IMG/VR virus record: IMGVR_UViG_3300002052_000634
Location: 36,618-100,617 of that record
Source: a virus
Length of the DNA: 64,000 nt
Strand: one strand, 5' to 3'
Part shown: positions 1 through 9,708 of the stretch, piece by piece
How the letters are laid out: each line of letters starts with the position of its first letter
How positions within the stretch are numbered: position 1 is the first letter of the stretch
Program-made: the position numbers and the translations under genes
The notes under the pieces: generated by a model
Told to the model about the DNA's origin: nothing
Database searches by the model: none
Seen by the model: only the letters and a program-made list of their open reading frames with translations

Positions 1-1371
1 TACCCATTCCGACATAAATTCTTCTCGAACTATGGGCTTACCTTTTTTATCTAATTTGATAGATTTATTAGCATCTTGTTCAAAACCAGAAATCACTTTA
101 TCATTTCCTCTATACCATACTAAATTCTTCTTATATCCTGCTTTTTCAAATTTATCATATAATCCTCTTCCACATGCTTCTCCACAATCAAAACCTAAAA
201 CATTAGCTTGAGTTTGTTCAACTAAATATTTAAAAATTTCATATTGTTCTTGTTCGGTCATATTATATAAAATAATATTATATAATAAATAATATTTATC
301 TCCGATTTCTGATAAAATAATTATATCAGAACCTCCCGCACCGTCGCCTACATCAGAACAAATAAAAATACGGTCTATATTCTTAGGTCTTTCTACTATA
401 ATTAAATTTTTAAAATTTTCAAATTGTTCTTTTTTTAATTCGAATCTTTTAATTTCTCGATTTTTTAAATATGCAAATTTAACTCTTTCCATATCAAAAG
501 TAGAAAAAGCGTCTTCAGCAACTTCGCCCTCAAAATATATTCTGAAATTTAAACTTTCTTTTCCACCGTAATCTTTTTCCGCTTCTAAAATATCTTTATC
601 TGAACAAGTGGGATTAACATATCGAGGTAAATTTAAAATTTTGTCTTTATTTATAGGGTCAAAAAATATTTTACCTATTGGAGAATGTTTAAGAAAATTA
701 GTCATCCCTGCTAATCGAAATATAGACCCTAACTCTGAACAACTATCACGACGTTTCTTATATATTTCTTCATTTTCGAATGAAATTTCGTCCCCCCACA
801 TCTTATCCACATGAAGCTGATAAAAAGCACTTCCAGGAGATTTTCCAGATAAATGCATATTAACGCCATGAAGAGTCCAATTATTTTTTCTACCGTAAAA
901 TTTAATAGCAGGTTTATATCTACAAATAAAATAGAAAATCTTAAAAATAGGATGATATTTCATTGCTTTTTCTACAGCAGTTAGAATACCTCGTAATCTT
1001 TTTTCATCTATAGAATAGAGCAAAGCTTTCAGATTTTTCTCATAAAGAGCAGAAAGGGCGATGTCTATAATAAGAGATATTAATGACTTCCCAAAAAGCC
1101 TCGCTCCAAGATTATATAAATCTCCTATATTTTTTCTTAAATCGAAAGTTTGTTTATCGCTTAATTCATGATATTTTTGCATGGCTTTAAAATCATAAAT
1201 AGATTCATATGATAACATAGGCAATTGGTATTTTCGAATTTTACCATAAGCTTTTTTATCAAAGTGCCCTAAATTATCAAAATCGTCAAATAAACATTCC
1301 GCTAAAGTTACTGGATTATACCATGAAGTTATAAAGTCTAATTCTTTTTTTGAGATTTTTTCTATAAGCAT
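1..1371 (-). CDS. terL: Terminase large subunit (3' end runs off the window; absent from the ORF track)
   Basis: Manual translation from ATG at 1371 (MLIEKISKKELDF...) is open to position 1. It has Walker A GARLFGKS, Walker B MWGDE and RNase H-like nuclease motifs IFICSDVG and GFDCGEACG. Confidence 0.85.
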   Translation of the reverse strand, partial: MLIEKISKKELDFITSWYNPVTLAECLFDDFDNLGHFDKKAYGKIRKYQLPMLSYESIYDFKAMQKYHELSDKQTFDLRKNIGDLYNLGARLFGKSLISLIIDIALSALYEKNLKALLYSIDEKRLRGILTAVEKAMKYHPIFKIFYFICRYKPAIKFYGRKNNWTLHGVNMHLSGKSPGSAFYQLHVDKMWGDEISFENEEIYKKRRDSCSELGSIFRLAGMTNFLKHSPIGKIFFDPINKDKILNLPRYVNPTCSDKDILEAEKDYGGKESLNFRIYFEGEVAEDAFSTFDMERVKFAYLKNREIKRFELKKEQFENFKNLIIVERPKNIDRIFICSDVGDGAGGSDIIILSEIGDKYYLLYNIILYNMTEQEQYEIFKYLVEQTQANVLGFDCGEACGRGLYDKFEKAGYKKNLVWYRGNDKVISGFEQDANKSIKLDKKGKPIVREEFMSEWV

Positions 1372-1427
1372 ACTATTTTAATTAAATGAGCTAAATAGAA
1401 GAAGGTAGCGACAAACAAGGAAGGAAA

Positions 1428-2042
1428 TTATGAAGCACTGTAGAAACGTTTTTCTAGAAAATCTATATATCGAACTCTAGTGTCATAGATTTTAGCTAAG
1501 TCTTCTTTTGTTATTTTTTTGTCTGTTTTATATAATTTCCATAAATAGTCGTTAGTCAAAAATTTACCTTTAAAAAAAGGGTGTTTATTTAAATCATAAT
1601 TTTTTACTTTAAATATAAAAAATATTAATTTTTGACAAAAAGGACAAGGTGCAGTATAATCGGCTTGATTTTCTTCTCTATGTTTTTCAAATTTTTTGTC
1701 TACTTCTTCAAATATTTGATAAGGGTCTTTAGCTTTTTTATCCTCAAATAATCCTAATTTTTCCCGAAGTGTAAGAGTCTGAGTTTCTATATCATTTAAA
1801 CGTTCTAACCATATTTTAGGAACAACTTCGGCATCTGTTACTGTTTTACTTTTAGTTAAATCTTCGATTTTATTTTTTATTCGAAGAATTAAGATTTCAT
1901 GGAATACTAAAGATTCTAACAGTTCTAAGTCGTTTATTTTCTCATAGTTATAAATCTTACAGTATTTGTCAAATTTCCGTTTGGCTCTCTTACGTTCCGC
2001 AGAAGATAAACCTGCTCCCTGGAACTTATAAGCTTTTGACAT
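1428..2042 (-). CDS. Probable terminase small subunit
   Basis: 204 aa helical, basic protein directly upstream of terL, with a CPFC motif. The call rests mainly on position. Confidence 0.45.
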   Translation of the reverse strand: MSKAYKFQGAGLSSAERKRAKRKFDKYCKIYNYEKINDLELLESLVFHEILILRIKNKIEDLTKSKTVTDAEVVPKIWLERLNDIETQTLTLREKLGLFEDKKAKDPYQIFEEVDKKFEKHREENQADYTAPCPFCQKLIFFIFKVKNYDLNKHPFFKGKFLTNDYLWKLYKTDKKITKEDLAKIYDTRVRYIDFLEKRFYSAS

Positions 2043-2085
2043 ATTTACCTTACTTGTTAATATTCAATAAGTTACAAATAAAAGC

Positions 2086-2105
2086 ACCGCCCTAAAATGG
2101 GCGGT
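2086..2105 (-). terminator. Intrinsic terminator-like hairpin upstream of the terS candidate
   Basis: On the minus strand, ACCGCCC-ATTTTA-GGGCGGT followed by GCTTTTATTT. Confidence 0.6.
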
Positions 2106-2112
2106 TTATTAT

Positions 2113-2181
2113 TTATATATAAAGAGAAGATATAATTGTAATAAAATATGATAATATATAATAAGATATAAAAATAGACAT
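2113..2181 (-). CDS. 22-aa hydrophobic peptide MSIFISYYILSYFITIISSLYI
   Basis: Preceded by AGGAGAGG. It lies between the promoter at 2205-2233 and the hairpin at 2086-2105. Confidence 0.35.
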   Translation of the reverse strand: MSIFISYYILSYFITIISSLYI

Positions 2182-2204
2182 ACTTTTACCCTCTCCTACT
2201 ATAT

Positions 2205-2233
2205 ATTATATCATATAAATAGCTTGGTGTCAA
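2205..2233 (-). promoter_or_regulatory. Consensus sigma70 promoter with extended -10
   Basis: TTGACA-17-TATAAT, with TG directly before the -10 (tatgaTATAAT). Confidence 0.85.
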
Positions 2234-2347
2234 GGGTAGCGAAACAATTATTTTTTATCGTCCTCTTTAAGCATTTGTTCTTTTATTTGTCTAAAAAATT
2301 TAATAGCTTTCTTCGTCTCTTTATCTAATTTAAGATTTCGATAAAAT

Positions 2348-3013
2348 TTATTTAGAGTTCTTCTTATGTTTATTTTGCTCGCCATGTTCTTGTTTCCTTT
2401 TCCATTTATAATATCTTTTCATAATTTCTTCGAAGCTTACAGGATAGAAATTCCAACAATCTACACCAACATTGATAGCATCGGTAAAACCAAAGGAGGT
2501 TTTTATCCGTTTAATTTGCCATGCTAAATGAACATGCCCTACTAGATTTATTTTATAGTTAGGGTCGACGTGAGCAGGATTGTGTACTATATTTATTCTT
2601 TTACCTCCATATCGAATTACTAATCTTTCGATAGGAGTTTTTACTCCATTATTTCCGTCATGATTTCCTTTACAAAACAAAATTTTTCCATTCAATTTCT
2701 TCTCTATTTCTGTAGGTTTAATCGGAAGTCCTTCTCCTTTTTTTCCACCTGGAGAATTCTTAAAAATGAAATCGCCAACAAAAATAACTAAATCTTCTGG
2801 TTTTACTCTTTCATTCCAACGTCTAATTAATTCTTTATTCATTTTATCTAGAGATTCGAAACTAATAGCGAATTTTCGTTGTTCTTCTTGGGATTTATTT
2901 TTATAAATTTCATATAACTCTTTATCTTCTTTAGTCATAAATTCAGTACGACCTACATATTTTAAAATATTAGCATGGTTAAAGTGAGTATCTGCTGAAA
3001 ACCAAAGTTTCAT
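2348..3013 (-). CDS. Calcineurin-like metallophosphoesterase
   Basis: ADTHFNH, VGDF, GNHD, HNP and GHVH motifs, plus NVGVD typical of phage phosphoesterases. Confidence 0.9.
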   Translation of the reverse strand: MKLWFSADTHFNHANILKYVGRTEFMTKEDKELYEIYKNKSQEEQRKFAISFESLDKMNKELIRRWNERVKPEDLVIFVGDFIFKNSPGGKKGEGLPIKPTEIEKKLNGKILFCKGNHDGNNGVKTPIERLVIRYGGKRINIVHNPAHVDPNYKINLVGHVHLAWQIKRIKTSFGFTDAINVGVDCWNFYPVSFEEIMKRYYKWKRKQEHGEQNKHKKNSK

Positions 3014-4005
3014 TTCTTTCCTTTCTCATCTGCTTCTTTCAAAGGACTATCTTGTTCTAAGTGATGTAAGACTAAATTTTTTACAATTTCTCTTCTGTCA
3101 TTAGACCACTTTAAATACAAAGCTAATCTGGTCACAAATTCTACTGCTAACAATTCATGCTTTATATAATTACTTCTATCTTCTCTATCAGTTCTCACGA
3201 AAGGTTTACCAATATCATGTAACAGTCCTGCCCATCTAAGATTTATTTCTTTAGGAGTATTAAGAACTACTCTCTTTGTATGTTCCCACAAAGTAAAGTT
3301 ATGATGAGGGCTGTTTTGTTCATAAGCTATTTGCAAAGATAATTCTGGAAGTATAAAATTCAATAATTTTGTTTTTGCCAAAAATTCTAATCCTACTTCT
3401 GGATGGTCTGCCAATAGTAATTTATCGAGTTCGGCTACCCATCTTTCCTTACTAATCTGTAATATTTTATAATTCATAGAATTTACAGCATGATAAATAG
3501 AAGGATGTATTTCAAATTCTAACTGAGAAGCGAATCTAGCTACTCTAAGCATCCTCAAGGGGTCTTCTTTGAATCTCTCATTTGGCTTTCCAACACATCT
3601 AATAATTTTATCTTGAATATCTTTTCTTCCACCAAAAGGGTCAATGTATCTATCTCCTGTTTTAGCAATAGCGTTAATGGTAAAATCTCTTCTGCTTAAA
3701 TCAGCAGTGATGTCTTTGACAAAAGTAACTTCAGGTTTTCTACTTCCAGATTTATATTTTTCATTTCTAAATGTAGTTATCTCAATTAGATTACCGTTTA
3801 TTTTTACTCCTAAAGTCCCGAATCTTTTTCCTGTCAAATAAGGTCTTCTACCTGCTTTTCTAATAGAAGCTTCAATTTCATCTGGAGTTAAAGGAGTAGT
3901 AAAATCAAAATCTTTAGGAACGTTCCCTAAAATTTTATCTCTAACTGCTCCTCCTACCATATAGAGAGGACTAACTATTTTTTTGACTTCTTCGTATATA
4001 GTCAT
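3010..4005 (-). CDS. cca: Class II CCA-adding tRNA nucleotidyltransferase with HD domain
   Basis: VGGAVRD, DFDF, RRDFTINA, EDPLRMLR, ER...E and LLHDIGK motifs. Confidence 0.9.
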   Translation of the reverse strand: MTIYEEVKKIVSPLYMVGGAVRDKILGNVPKDFDFTTPLTPDEIEASIRKAGRRPYLTGKRFGTLGVKINGNLIEITTFRNEKYKSGSRKPEVTFVKDITADLSRRDFTINAIAKTGDRYIDPFGGRKDIQDKIIRCVGKPNERFKEDPLRMLRVARFASQLEFEIHPSIYHAVNSMNYKILQISKERWVAELDKLLLADHPEVGLEFLAKTKLLNFILPELSLQIAYEQNSPHHNFTLWEHTKRVVLNTPKEINLRWAGLLHDIGKPFVRTDREDRSNYIKHELLAVEFVTRLALYLKWSNDRREIVKNLVLHHLEQDSPLKEADEKGKK

Positions 4006-4948
4006 ATAAAATCCCTATTGTAAATTTTTCGATTTCTTCAGTTCTCGGTTTAGCAGGTAGCGTACTCGATATTGTCAAAGATTCCATTTCTCTTTCTAGT
4101 TGCTCAGAAAATTCCAAGACTTGTTCTACAGTCCATTTGCCTTCTCTAATATCTAGAAGTAATTGTCTTTCTTTCAAAGGGAATTCTAATTTGCCAGTTT
4201 TCAATAATTCTATTCCTTCTAACATTAATCTTATTAAATGACTCGCAAATTTTACATCGAATCCATATCTATTTAACAACCCTCTCCTATTTCCTACTTT
4301 TGATATTCTTTCTTCTAAACTCTTTATAACTTTCTTAATTGGTAACGATGGAGAAAAATTTATATCTCCGATTGAAACAAACTTTACATTATTATATCCC
4401 GATTTTCTTAATTTAATAAAATGAGGACAAGTAGATAAAGTAATAACTTCTATTAGAAATTTATTTTTATCTATTTTCGAAAGATAATTAACTCCATTAA
4501 TCAAGTCAAAATAACAATCTTTCTTTATTATCATTTTGTGTTTTTGAGAAAAAGCATATCCTAAAAATTTTTGTTTTAATCCTTTATGTGGAAAAAGATG
4601 TTTAATATCTAATAATTTCTGTCCTAATTCATTTTTGAATACTATATTTTTTTCGTTTACAAATAATATCTCCAAAATATTAGGGTTATTTGAAAGAGCG
4701 AGTTGGATAAATTTTCTAAATTCGTAGAGTTTTCTATCTATAGCTTTATCAGTATTTTTTCCGTTTTCGTCTTTGGCTTTTATAGAAAGATTAACTTCTT
4801 CACATTTTTTAAATCCCAATATATATTCTATAGGAGATAAGAAAATCCCTATATAATCTTTGTCAGAATTTTCAGTGTTAGTTCCATACAAATGAGACCC
4901 TGATATTATTTCTAAAATTTTATTTTTATCGGCAATTAAAGGATTCAT
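3971..4948 (-). CDS. Pol-beta superfamily nucleotidyltransferase (RlaP/YcgL-like)
   Basis: SGSHLYGTNTENSDKD (GS...DxD), NPNILE, K..SHLIRL, LLDIR.G and LPAKP motifs. Confidence 0.85.
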   Translation of the reverse strand: MNPLIADKNKILEIISGSHLYGTNTENSDKDYIGIFLSPIEYILGFKKCEEVNLSIKAKDENGKNTDKAIDRKLYEFRKFIQLALSNNPNILEILFVNEKNIVFKNELGQKLLDIKHLFPHKGLKQKFLGYAFSQKHKMIIKKDCYFDLINGVNYLSKIDKNKFLIEVITLSTCPHFIKLRKSGYNNVKFVSIGDINFSPSLPIKKVIKSLEERISKVGNRRGLLNRYGFDVKFASHLIRLMLEGIELLKTGKLEFPLKERQLLLDIREGKWTVEQVLEFSEQLEREMESLTISSTLPAKPRTEEIEKFTIGILYDYIRRSQKNS

Positions 4949-5092
4949 TTATCCTTCCCCATCAACTCATCGAGTTCCTCATTATTAGTACATTCTTCAA
5001 ATACGTGAGGATAGCATTTTTGGATTCTTGCTAGTATAGTAAATGCAAGAACTAATTGCTTGAGAGTGTGTTCATATTTTTGTATTATTTTT

Positions 5093-5488
5093 TCAAATGA
5101 CATTTATCTTTTTAATCTTTCTCTTTAAATTTAAAAATAGATTAACCTCTTTAGAAGGTCTATCATAATAGTAATTATTAGACGTTGCCACCCAATAAGG
5201 ATTAATATAAAATATTTCTTTAATTTCTGCCCACGCAATCGCAGTTAAACACATAGGACAAGGTTCTCCAGAACAATATATTTTAGCTGTTGTTAAAAAT
5301 TCGGTTTTTTCTTTTTTACATACTTTTCTAATAACTTGAATTTCTGCATGGGCAGTTGGGTCATGTTTTAAGGTCACTTCATTAACTGCAAAATACTGTT
5401 TACCTTTATATTCTATACAAGCCGAAAAAGGATAGCCTTTTCTATTTCTATTTGCTAATCTAATTAATTGTTTAGCTATTTTTTGCAT
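5093..5488 (-). CDS. Zn-dependent nucleoside/guanine deaminase (CDA fold)
   Basis: PF, DPTAHAE and EPCPMC motifs. Start moved to MQKIAK. Confidence 0.85.
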   Translation of the reverse strand: MQKIAKQLIRLANRNRKGYPFSACIEYKGKQYFAVNEVTLKHDPTAHAEIQVIRKVCKKEKTEFLTTAKIYCSGEPCPMCLTAIAWAEIKEIFYINPYWVATSNNYYYDRPSKEVNLFLNLKRKIKKINVI

Positions 5489-6683
5489 TTTAATCCCATT
5501 CATACCAATGTTTGTCACGTTTTTCTAAACAGCACCTTATCGCTAATTCTACATCCCACTTATAATATCCACATTCTCCATTAGATAAGATTGGGCAAGT
5601 GTTTATTCCGAATTTTTCGTTAAATACTTTTTCGGAGATATTATAAATTTTAATAATTTTAGAAATTTCTTCTTTAGTATATCCTAATGAGTCTTTAGGT
5701 TCTGGTAAATTAAGTTTTTTCATTTTTATTCCTCTCTATATGCCAATATTTCATATTCGTCATATCGTACATACCAAACTTTATAAATTGTATATCTTTG
5801 AGAAGAAAGAGAATTTAATTCTTTTTCTAATGTTATAGCATGTAGTTTAATTTTATGTATCCATTTTTTCATAATATCTCCTTTTATATTCTCTTGCTTT
5901 TGAAGGCAATAAAGAACACATCAGATTTTCTTCCAACATTCTATCTCTAACAATTTGATATTTTTCTACTATACTTATAGCATAAAGGTCTGTATATCCA
6001 AATTGTATATTAAATTCTTTCAATAAAAAATTATAATAATCTACTAATTTATCTTTTTCACAATAATGACATTGTGCTAAAGTAGGTATATTATGCCATT
6101 TTTCAGGATTGCAATATTCTATTAATATCCTAGCCCAAGATTTTTTATACATTATTATAATCCTATTTTCAATCTTTGCATTGTTTCGTATATTTCTAAT
6201 TTTTCTTCATAGGTATAATTACAAATTCCAGAACTATCCAAATGTCCACAGCCTTCACAAAATCTCTCGCTAATATTTTCTTTTTCCCATTCGGGGCAAA
6301 AGTTTTCTAAAATTTCAAATTTCATTTCTCTTCCTCCAATGTAAATAATCCTTGATGACCACAAGGTAAACAACTTGCTCTAATTTTATCCTCATCTTTT
6401 TTAGTAACAACTTTCCAATAAGTTTTCTCTCCACAAATCATACATTTTTGAACTAAAATTCTAACTTTCATTATATTATGCCTTTCGTTCATTATATTAT
6501 TTATTGTCAGCTACTGTAATTTCTAAATGACTATGTAAAGGAACTAAATAACCATCAGAAGCCCATTTAATAATTTCACTTACTGGAGTATCAGGGTCAA
6601 ATATTTTAGTTTCTCTCCACATATCTCCTACAGTAGTGTTTCCAGCCGAGCAGTGTTTTATAGCTATGATTTTTGGAAAAGTA

Positions 6684-6896
6684 TTATTCATATTTCTCCT
6701 TTAGTTCGATTTCATCTACTTCTTTTACTTCTCTAATTATATTGTCTTTTGTAATTGCTATTTTAGGTAAACATGAGTCACAACATAGAAAAACCCTATC
6801 TGTAGTGTCATTCATAGAAAATAGGAAATATTTTTCTTTAATTTTAAGCCCACAAAAATAACAATACCAATTTTTTTTATTAAATATTATTTTCAT
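6684..6896 (-). CDS. Small Zn-finger protein, paralogue A
   Basis: WYCYFCG...TDRVFLCCDSC, clearly similar to 8033..8203. Confidence 0.7.
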   Translation of the reverse strand: MKIIFNKKNWYCYFCGLKIKEKYFLFSMNDTTDRVFLCCDSCLPKIAITKDNIIREVKEVDEIELKEKYE

Positions 6897-6909
6897 ATTA
6901 TTCTTTTTA

Positions 6910-6972
6910 TGGTGAGGGACAGTCGAGCAGGAATCCCTACTCCTTGATTATTCCATTAGGAAACTGCCCCTC
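6910..6972 (-). ncRNA. 63-nt CCA-terminated mini tRNA-like RNA without an anticodon arm
   Basis: GAGGGGCAGT pairs over 10 bp with ACTGTCCCTC, followed by ACCA. Internal hairpins are TTCC-TAAT-GGAA and GAGTAGG-GATT-CCTGCTC. It is a GC-rich island in an intergenic gap. Confidence 0.6.
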
Positions 6973-7131
6973 TTATTTTTCTAATTTCGTTAATTCATCA
7001 TCAGTAATGGTACAACATACAACATTCTCATCTTCATTATAATAAACAGCATAACCTTGTCTAACTAGAGCAGTTATAAGTTGGTCTGTATAATTTTTGT
7101 CTAATATTTGGATTTTAAGTTCGTATTTCAT
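6973..7131 (-). CDS. 52-aa hypothetical protein (MKYELKIQILDK...)
   Basis: Manual translation. Its stop codon abuts the 5' G of the mini-tRNA. Confidence 0.55.
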   Translation of the reverse strand: MKYELKIQILDKNYTDQLITALVRQGYAVYYNEDENVVCCTITDDELTKLEK

Positions 7132-7720
7132 TTAGAATTTTCTTTCTGGTTTTTTTATTCAATATTTTTATAAATCTTTTTTTTAAAGGTTTTTTCTTTA
7201 ATTCTAATCTATTGCCATAAATTTCTTTCATTTTCCCAACTGCTTGTATTCCATGTTTATCATACAAGGTTCTCGGTGAAATTCTTTTACCATCAATAAA
7301 AAATAAAGGATGACCGTCCTTTCCAATAATTCCATCAAATATCCATCCACTTGCTTTATATACCATTCCATTATGACCAGCAAAAGGGTCTGAATATGTA
7401 ACAATCAAATCATAATTATATGATTTTTTGATTTTTTTTATTACTTCTGCTGTTAAACTACTCATACTCCATTTGTGGTTATCTTTACCGACCATTCTTG
7501 CTAATTCAATAACTTTTATATTTTTTTGACTGTATTTTTTTTCATAAATCCTCGACCTACAATTTGTAAATACCAAACAACCTTCTTCGTGTCCATAAGC
7601 AAATAAAATCCCTTTTACTTCTCCAAGATAATGCCATTTATTTAACATAGTATTTGCTATTTTTTTATCCAATTTGATAATTGGTGGAGTTTTCTGTAAT
7701 CCGCTTAATTTGTAATTCAT
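7115..7720 (-). CDS. mom: Mom-family (GNAT-fold) DNA adenine modification protein, copy 2
   Basis: WHYLG, IELARM, VTYSDP..GHNGMVYKASGW, DGKRISPR and K.RF motifs. Confidence 0.8.
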   Translation of the reverse strand: MNYKLSGLQKTPPIIKLDKKIANTMLNKWHYLGEVKGILFAYGHEEGCLVFTNCRSRIYEKKYSQKNIKVIELARMVGKDNHKWSMSSLTAEVIKKIKKSYNYDLIVTYSDPFAGHNGMVYKASGWIFDGIIGKDGHPLFFIDGKRISPRTLYDKHGIQAVGKMKEIYGNRLELKKKPLKKRFIKILNKKTRKKILNEIRT

Positions 7721-7721
7721 C

Positions 7722-8036
7722 TTAAATTCCCATAGAATTACATAAATCTTCTAAATATTGTTGTTGTTTTTCGTTTAGATTTAATCTTTGTTGAACTTTA
7801 TATAATCTATCTTTTTGCCAACCTGACCCTGTTCTAAGATAATAATTTTCAGCATGTCTCCATAATAGTGCTAATCTATTTAAAACATTAAATCTTGAAT
7901 ATTTTAATTGTATATTAATAGGAATTGGGCAATTATATTTTTCAGCTAACATCGTCAAATCATGTAATGAATAAGCTACATTATTTTTATCCCATTCCTC
8001 TTGATGTAGACAAAATCCTTTATAATCTGCTTTCAT
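7722..8036 (-). CDS. Hypothetical protein
   Basis: Tightly packed in the leftward operon, with GGAGG upstream. Confidence 0.6.
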   Translation of the reverse strand: MKADYKGFCLHQEEWDKNNVAYSLHDLTMLAEKYNCPIPINIQLKYSRFNVLNRLALLWRHAENYYLRTGSGWQKDRLYKVQQRLNLNEKQQQYLEDLCNSMGI

Positions 8037-8203
8037 TTTTCCTCCTTAACCTTATTAATAACACAATCTCCTTCTATATTTATTTGACTTATACATTTAG
8101 AACAACATAAAAAAACTCTATCGGTACTTTTTCTCATAGACCATAAATAATAATTATTCTTTAAAATTTTTCCACATAAATAACAATACCACTCTTTTTT
8201 CAT
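8033..8203 (-). CDS. Small Zn-finger protein, paralogue B
   Basis: MKKEWYCYLCG...TDRVFLCCSKC. Confidence 0.7.
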   Translation of the reverse strand: MKKEWYCYLCGKILKNNYYLWSMRKSTDRVFLCCSKCISQINIEGDCVINKVKEEK

Positions 8204-8204
8204 A

Positions 8205-8453
8205 TTAAGCCTTTTCTGTATAACCACAATTCCAACATTTCTTATCATCTCCAAGTATATAATCTATTTCTTGTTTACATTCAGGACAAACCCATATGTT
8301 CTCTTTTCTTCCCCAATCATCTTCATCAACCATTACAATTTTAGTTCCTTTACATGCAGGACAAGTTATTGTTGAAGCACTGCTAACAGGCTCAGGATTA
8401 TCTATTAATCCTCTTCCTCTACAACTAGGACATACTATTGGGTATCTTCTCAT
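8205..8453 (-). CDS. Multi-CxxC zinc-finger protein
   Basis: CPSCRGRG, CPACKG, CPEC and CWNC motifs. Confidence 0.7.
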   Translation of the reverse strand: MRRYPIVCPSCRGRGLIDNPEPVSSASTITCPACKGTKIVMVDEDDWGRKENIWVCPECKQEIDYILGDDKKCWNCGYTEKA

Positions 8454-8794
8454 ATTTTTCTTGATACCTCCAGTCTATAGGAGTCAGAATCAGAGTGAGG
8501 AGTAGAAACTTCTAAAATAACAGATTTAGGAGTTAGAGAACGAAATCTATGGTAGACTCCTGGTTTAATTCTTATTTGCTTTCCTTCTCTTAATTTAATA
8601 ACAAAAGTATAATCGTTTATTTTTATATCTAATTCTACAGTTCCACCTAGTATATAAAAAGTTTCGTCTTTCTTTTTGTGCATATGTAAACTACATTGAT
8701 ACCCTTGAATCAAATTGAGACGTTTTGCACAATACTTATCCGTATTGACTAACCATTCTTCACTGCCCCATAATTTAGGAACGTATTTTATCAT
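8450..8794 (-). CDS. Cupin (sugar isomerase / PMI type II C-terminal-like)
   Basis: KLWGSE, SLHMH..KDETFYIL, HRF and EVST motifs. Confidence 0.8.
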   Translation of the reverse strand: MIKYVPKLWGSEEWLVNTDKYCAKRLNLIQGYQCSLHMHKKKDETFYILGGTVELDIKINDYTFVIKLREGKQIRIKPGVYHRFRSLTPKSVILEVSTPHSDSDSYRLEVSRKI

Positions 8795-9118
8795 ATTTGC
8801 CTTAAATTTTTCAGTTTTATTTCCATAATTTTAATTGGTTTATCACTTTCCCATCCGATAAAAACGTCAAAAATAGCTTCTTTCTTCTTTTCATTCCAAG
8901 TTCTAAAAACAACATTTTTAGCAAATACTTTAGTTTCTAAAAATCTTAAAGGAGATAAATAACTGGCTATTAAATTGTCAAATTCTGCATTACACTTTAT
9001 CATATATTCCTCCTACATTATCATGCTAAAAAATCAGTTATCCAATAATTACCGAAACGCCATCGTCCTTTTTTATCAATATGCCAATAAAAAGGACTTT
9101 TCATTATTTATGCCTCCT

Positions 9119-9628
9119 TTATAATAAAGCAATTATTCCTGCTATTCCTACTCCTAATCCTGTCATAAATTCAGTCATATTAATATAAAATCCAAAAATA
9201 AATAAAAGAGGCAAAGGCTTATAAATACAATTCCAATAAATATTATTAATAGTTGCCATAATTATTGAAATAGGAAACAGCCACCAATGACCCATTAAAA
9301 AACAAAATAAACCTACACTACCTCCATATAATAATCCCAATGTGGCACGTGTTAAAAGATTAGCTATTTGATGTTCATAAAATTTTGTCCAAAAAAGATA
9401 AACTGGAGCAGTTTTACCATATCCCGTTGCTATTGCTCCCCATATCAATAAAAAAATTATTGTAATATAGAAAATATTCGTTAGAGTTAATGGGATTTTA
9501 AATAAAGCAAAAATAGTTAATGGAACTGCAACACACATCCATCTCCATTGACCCCCAATATTGCCTCCGATAGCCCAACCAAAAGCACTAATTAAAATTA
9601 TTATAAGAGCTATGATTAAATTTACCAT
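9119..9628 (-). CDS. Multi-pass membrane protein
   Basis: About 5-6 hydrophobic segments. Confidence 0.7.
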   Translation of the reverse strand: MVNLIIALIIILISAFGWAIGGNIGGQWRWMCVAVPLTIFALFKIPLTLTNIFYITIIFLLIWGAIATGYGKTAPVYLFWTKFYEHQIANLLTRATLGLLYGGSVGLFCFLMGHWWLFPISIIMATINNIYWNCIYKPLPLLFIFGFYINMTEFMTGLGVGIAGIIALL

Positions 9629-9655
9629 TTTTCTATTTCTCCAGATATTAGGATA

Positions 9656-9679
9656 GAGGGAGAATATATATTCTCCCTC
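9656..9679. terminator. Perfect 24-bp palindrome (terminator or processing hairpin)
   Basis: GAGGGAGAATATATATTCTCCCTC. Confidence 0.5.
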
Positions 9680-9708
9680 GTATTCTATACTTTCCTTATA
9701 AATCTAAA

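Noticed and set aside
8205-8453. Com-like translational activator of mom
   Set aside because: Only generic CxxC motifs and proximity support it, and many similar Zn-finger ORFs occur in the window.
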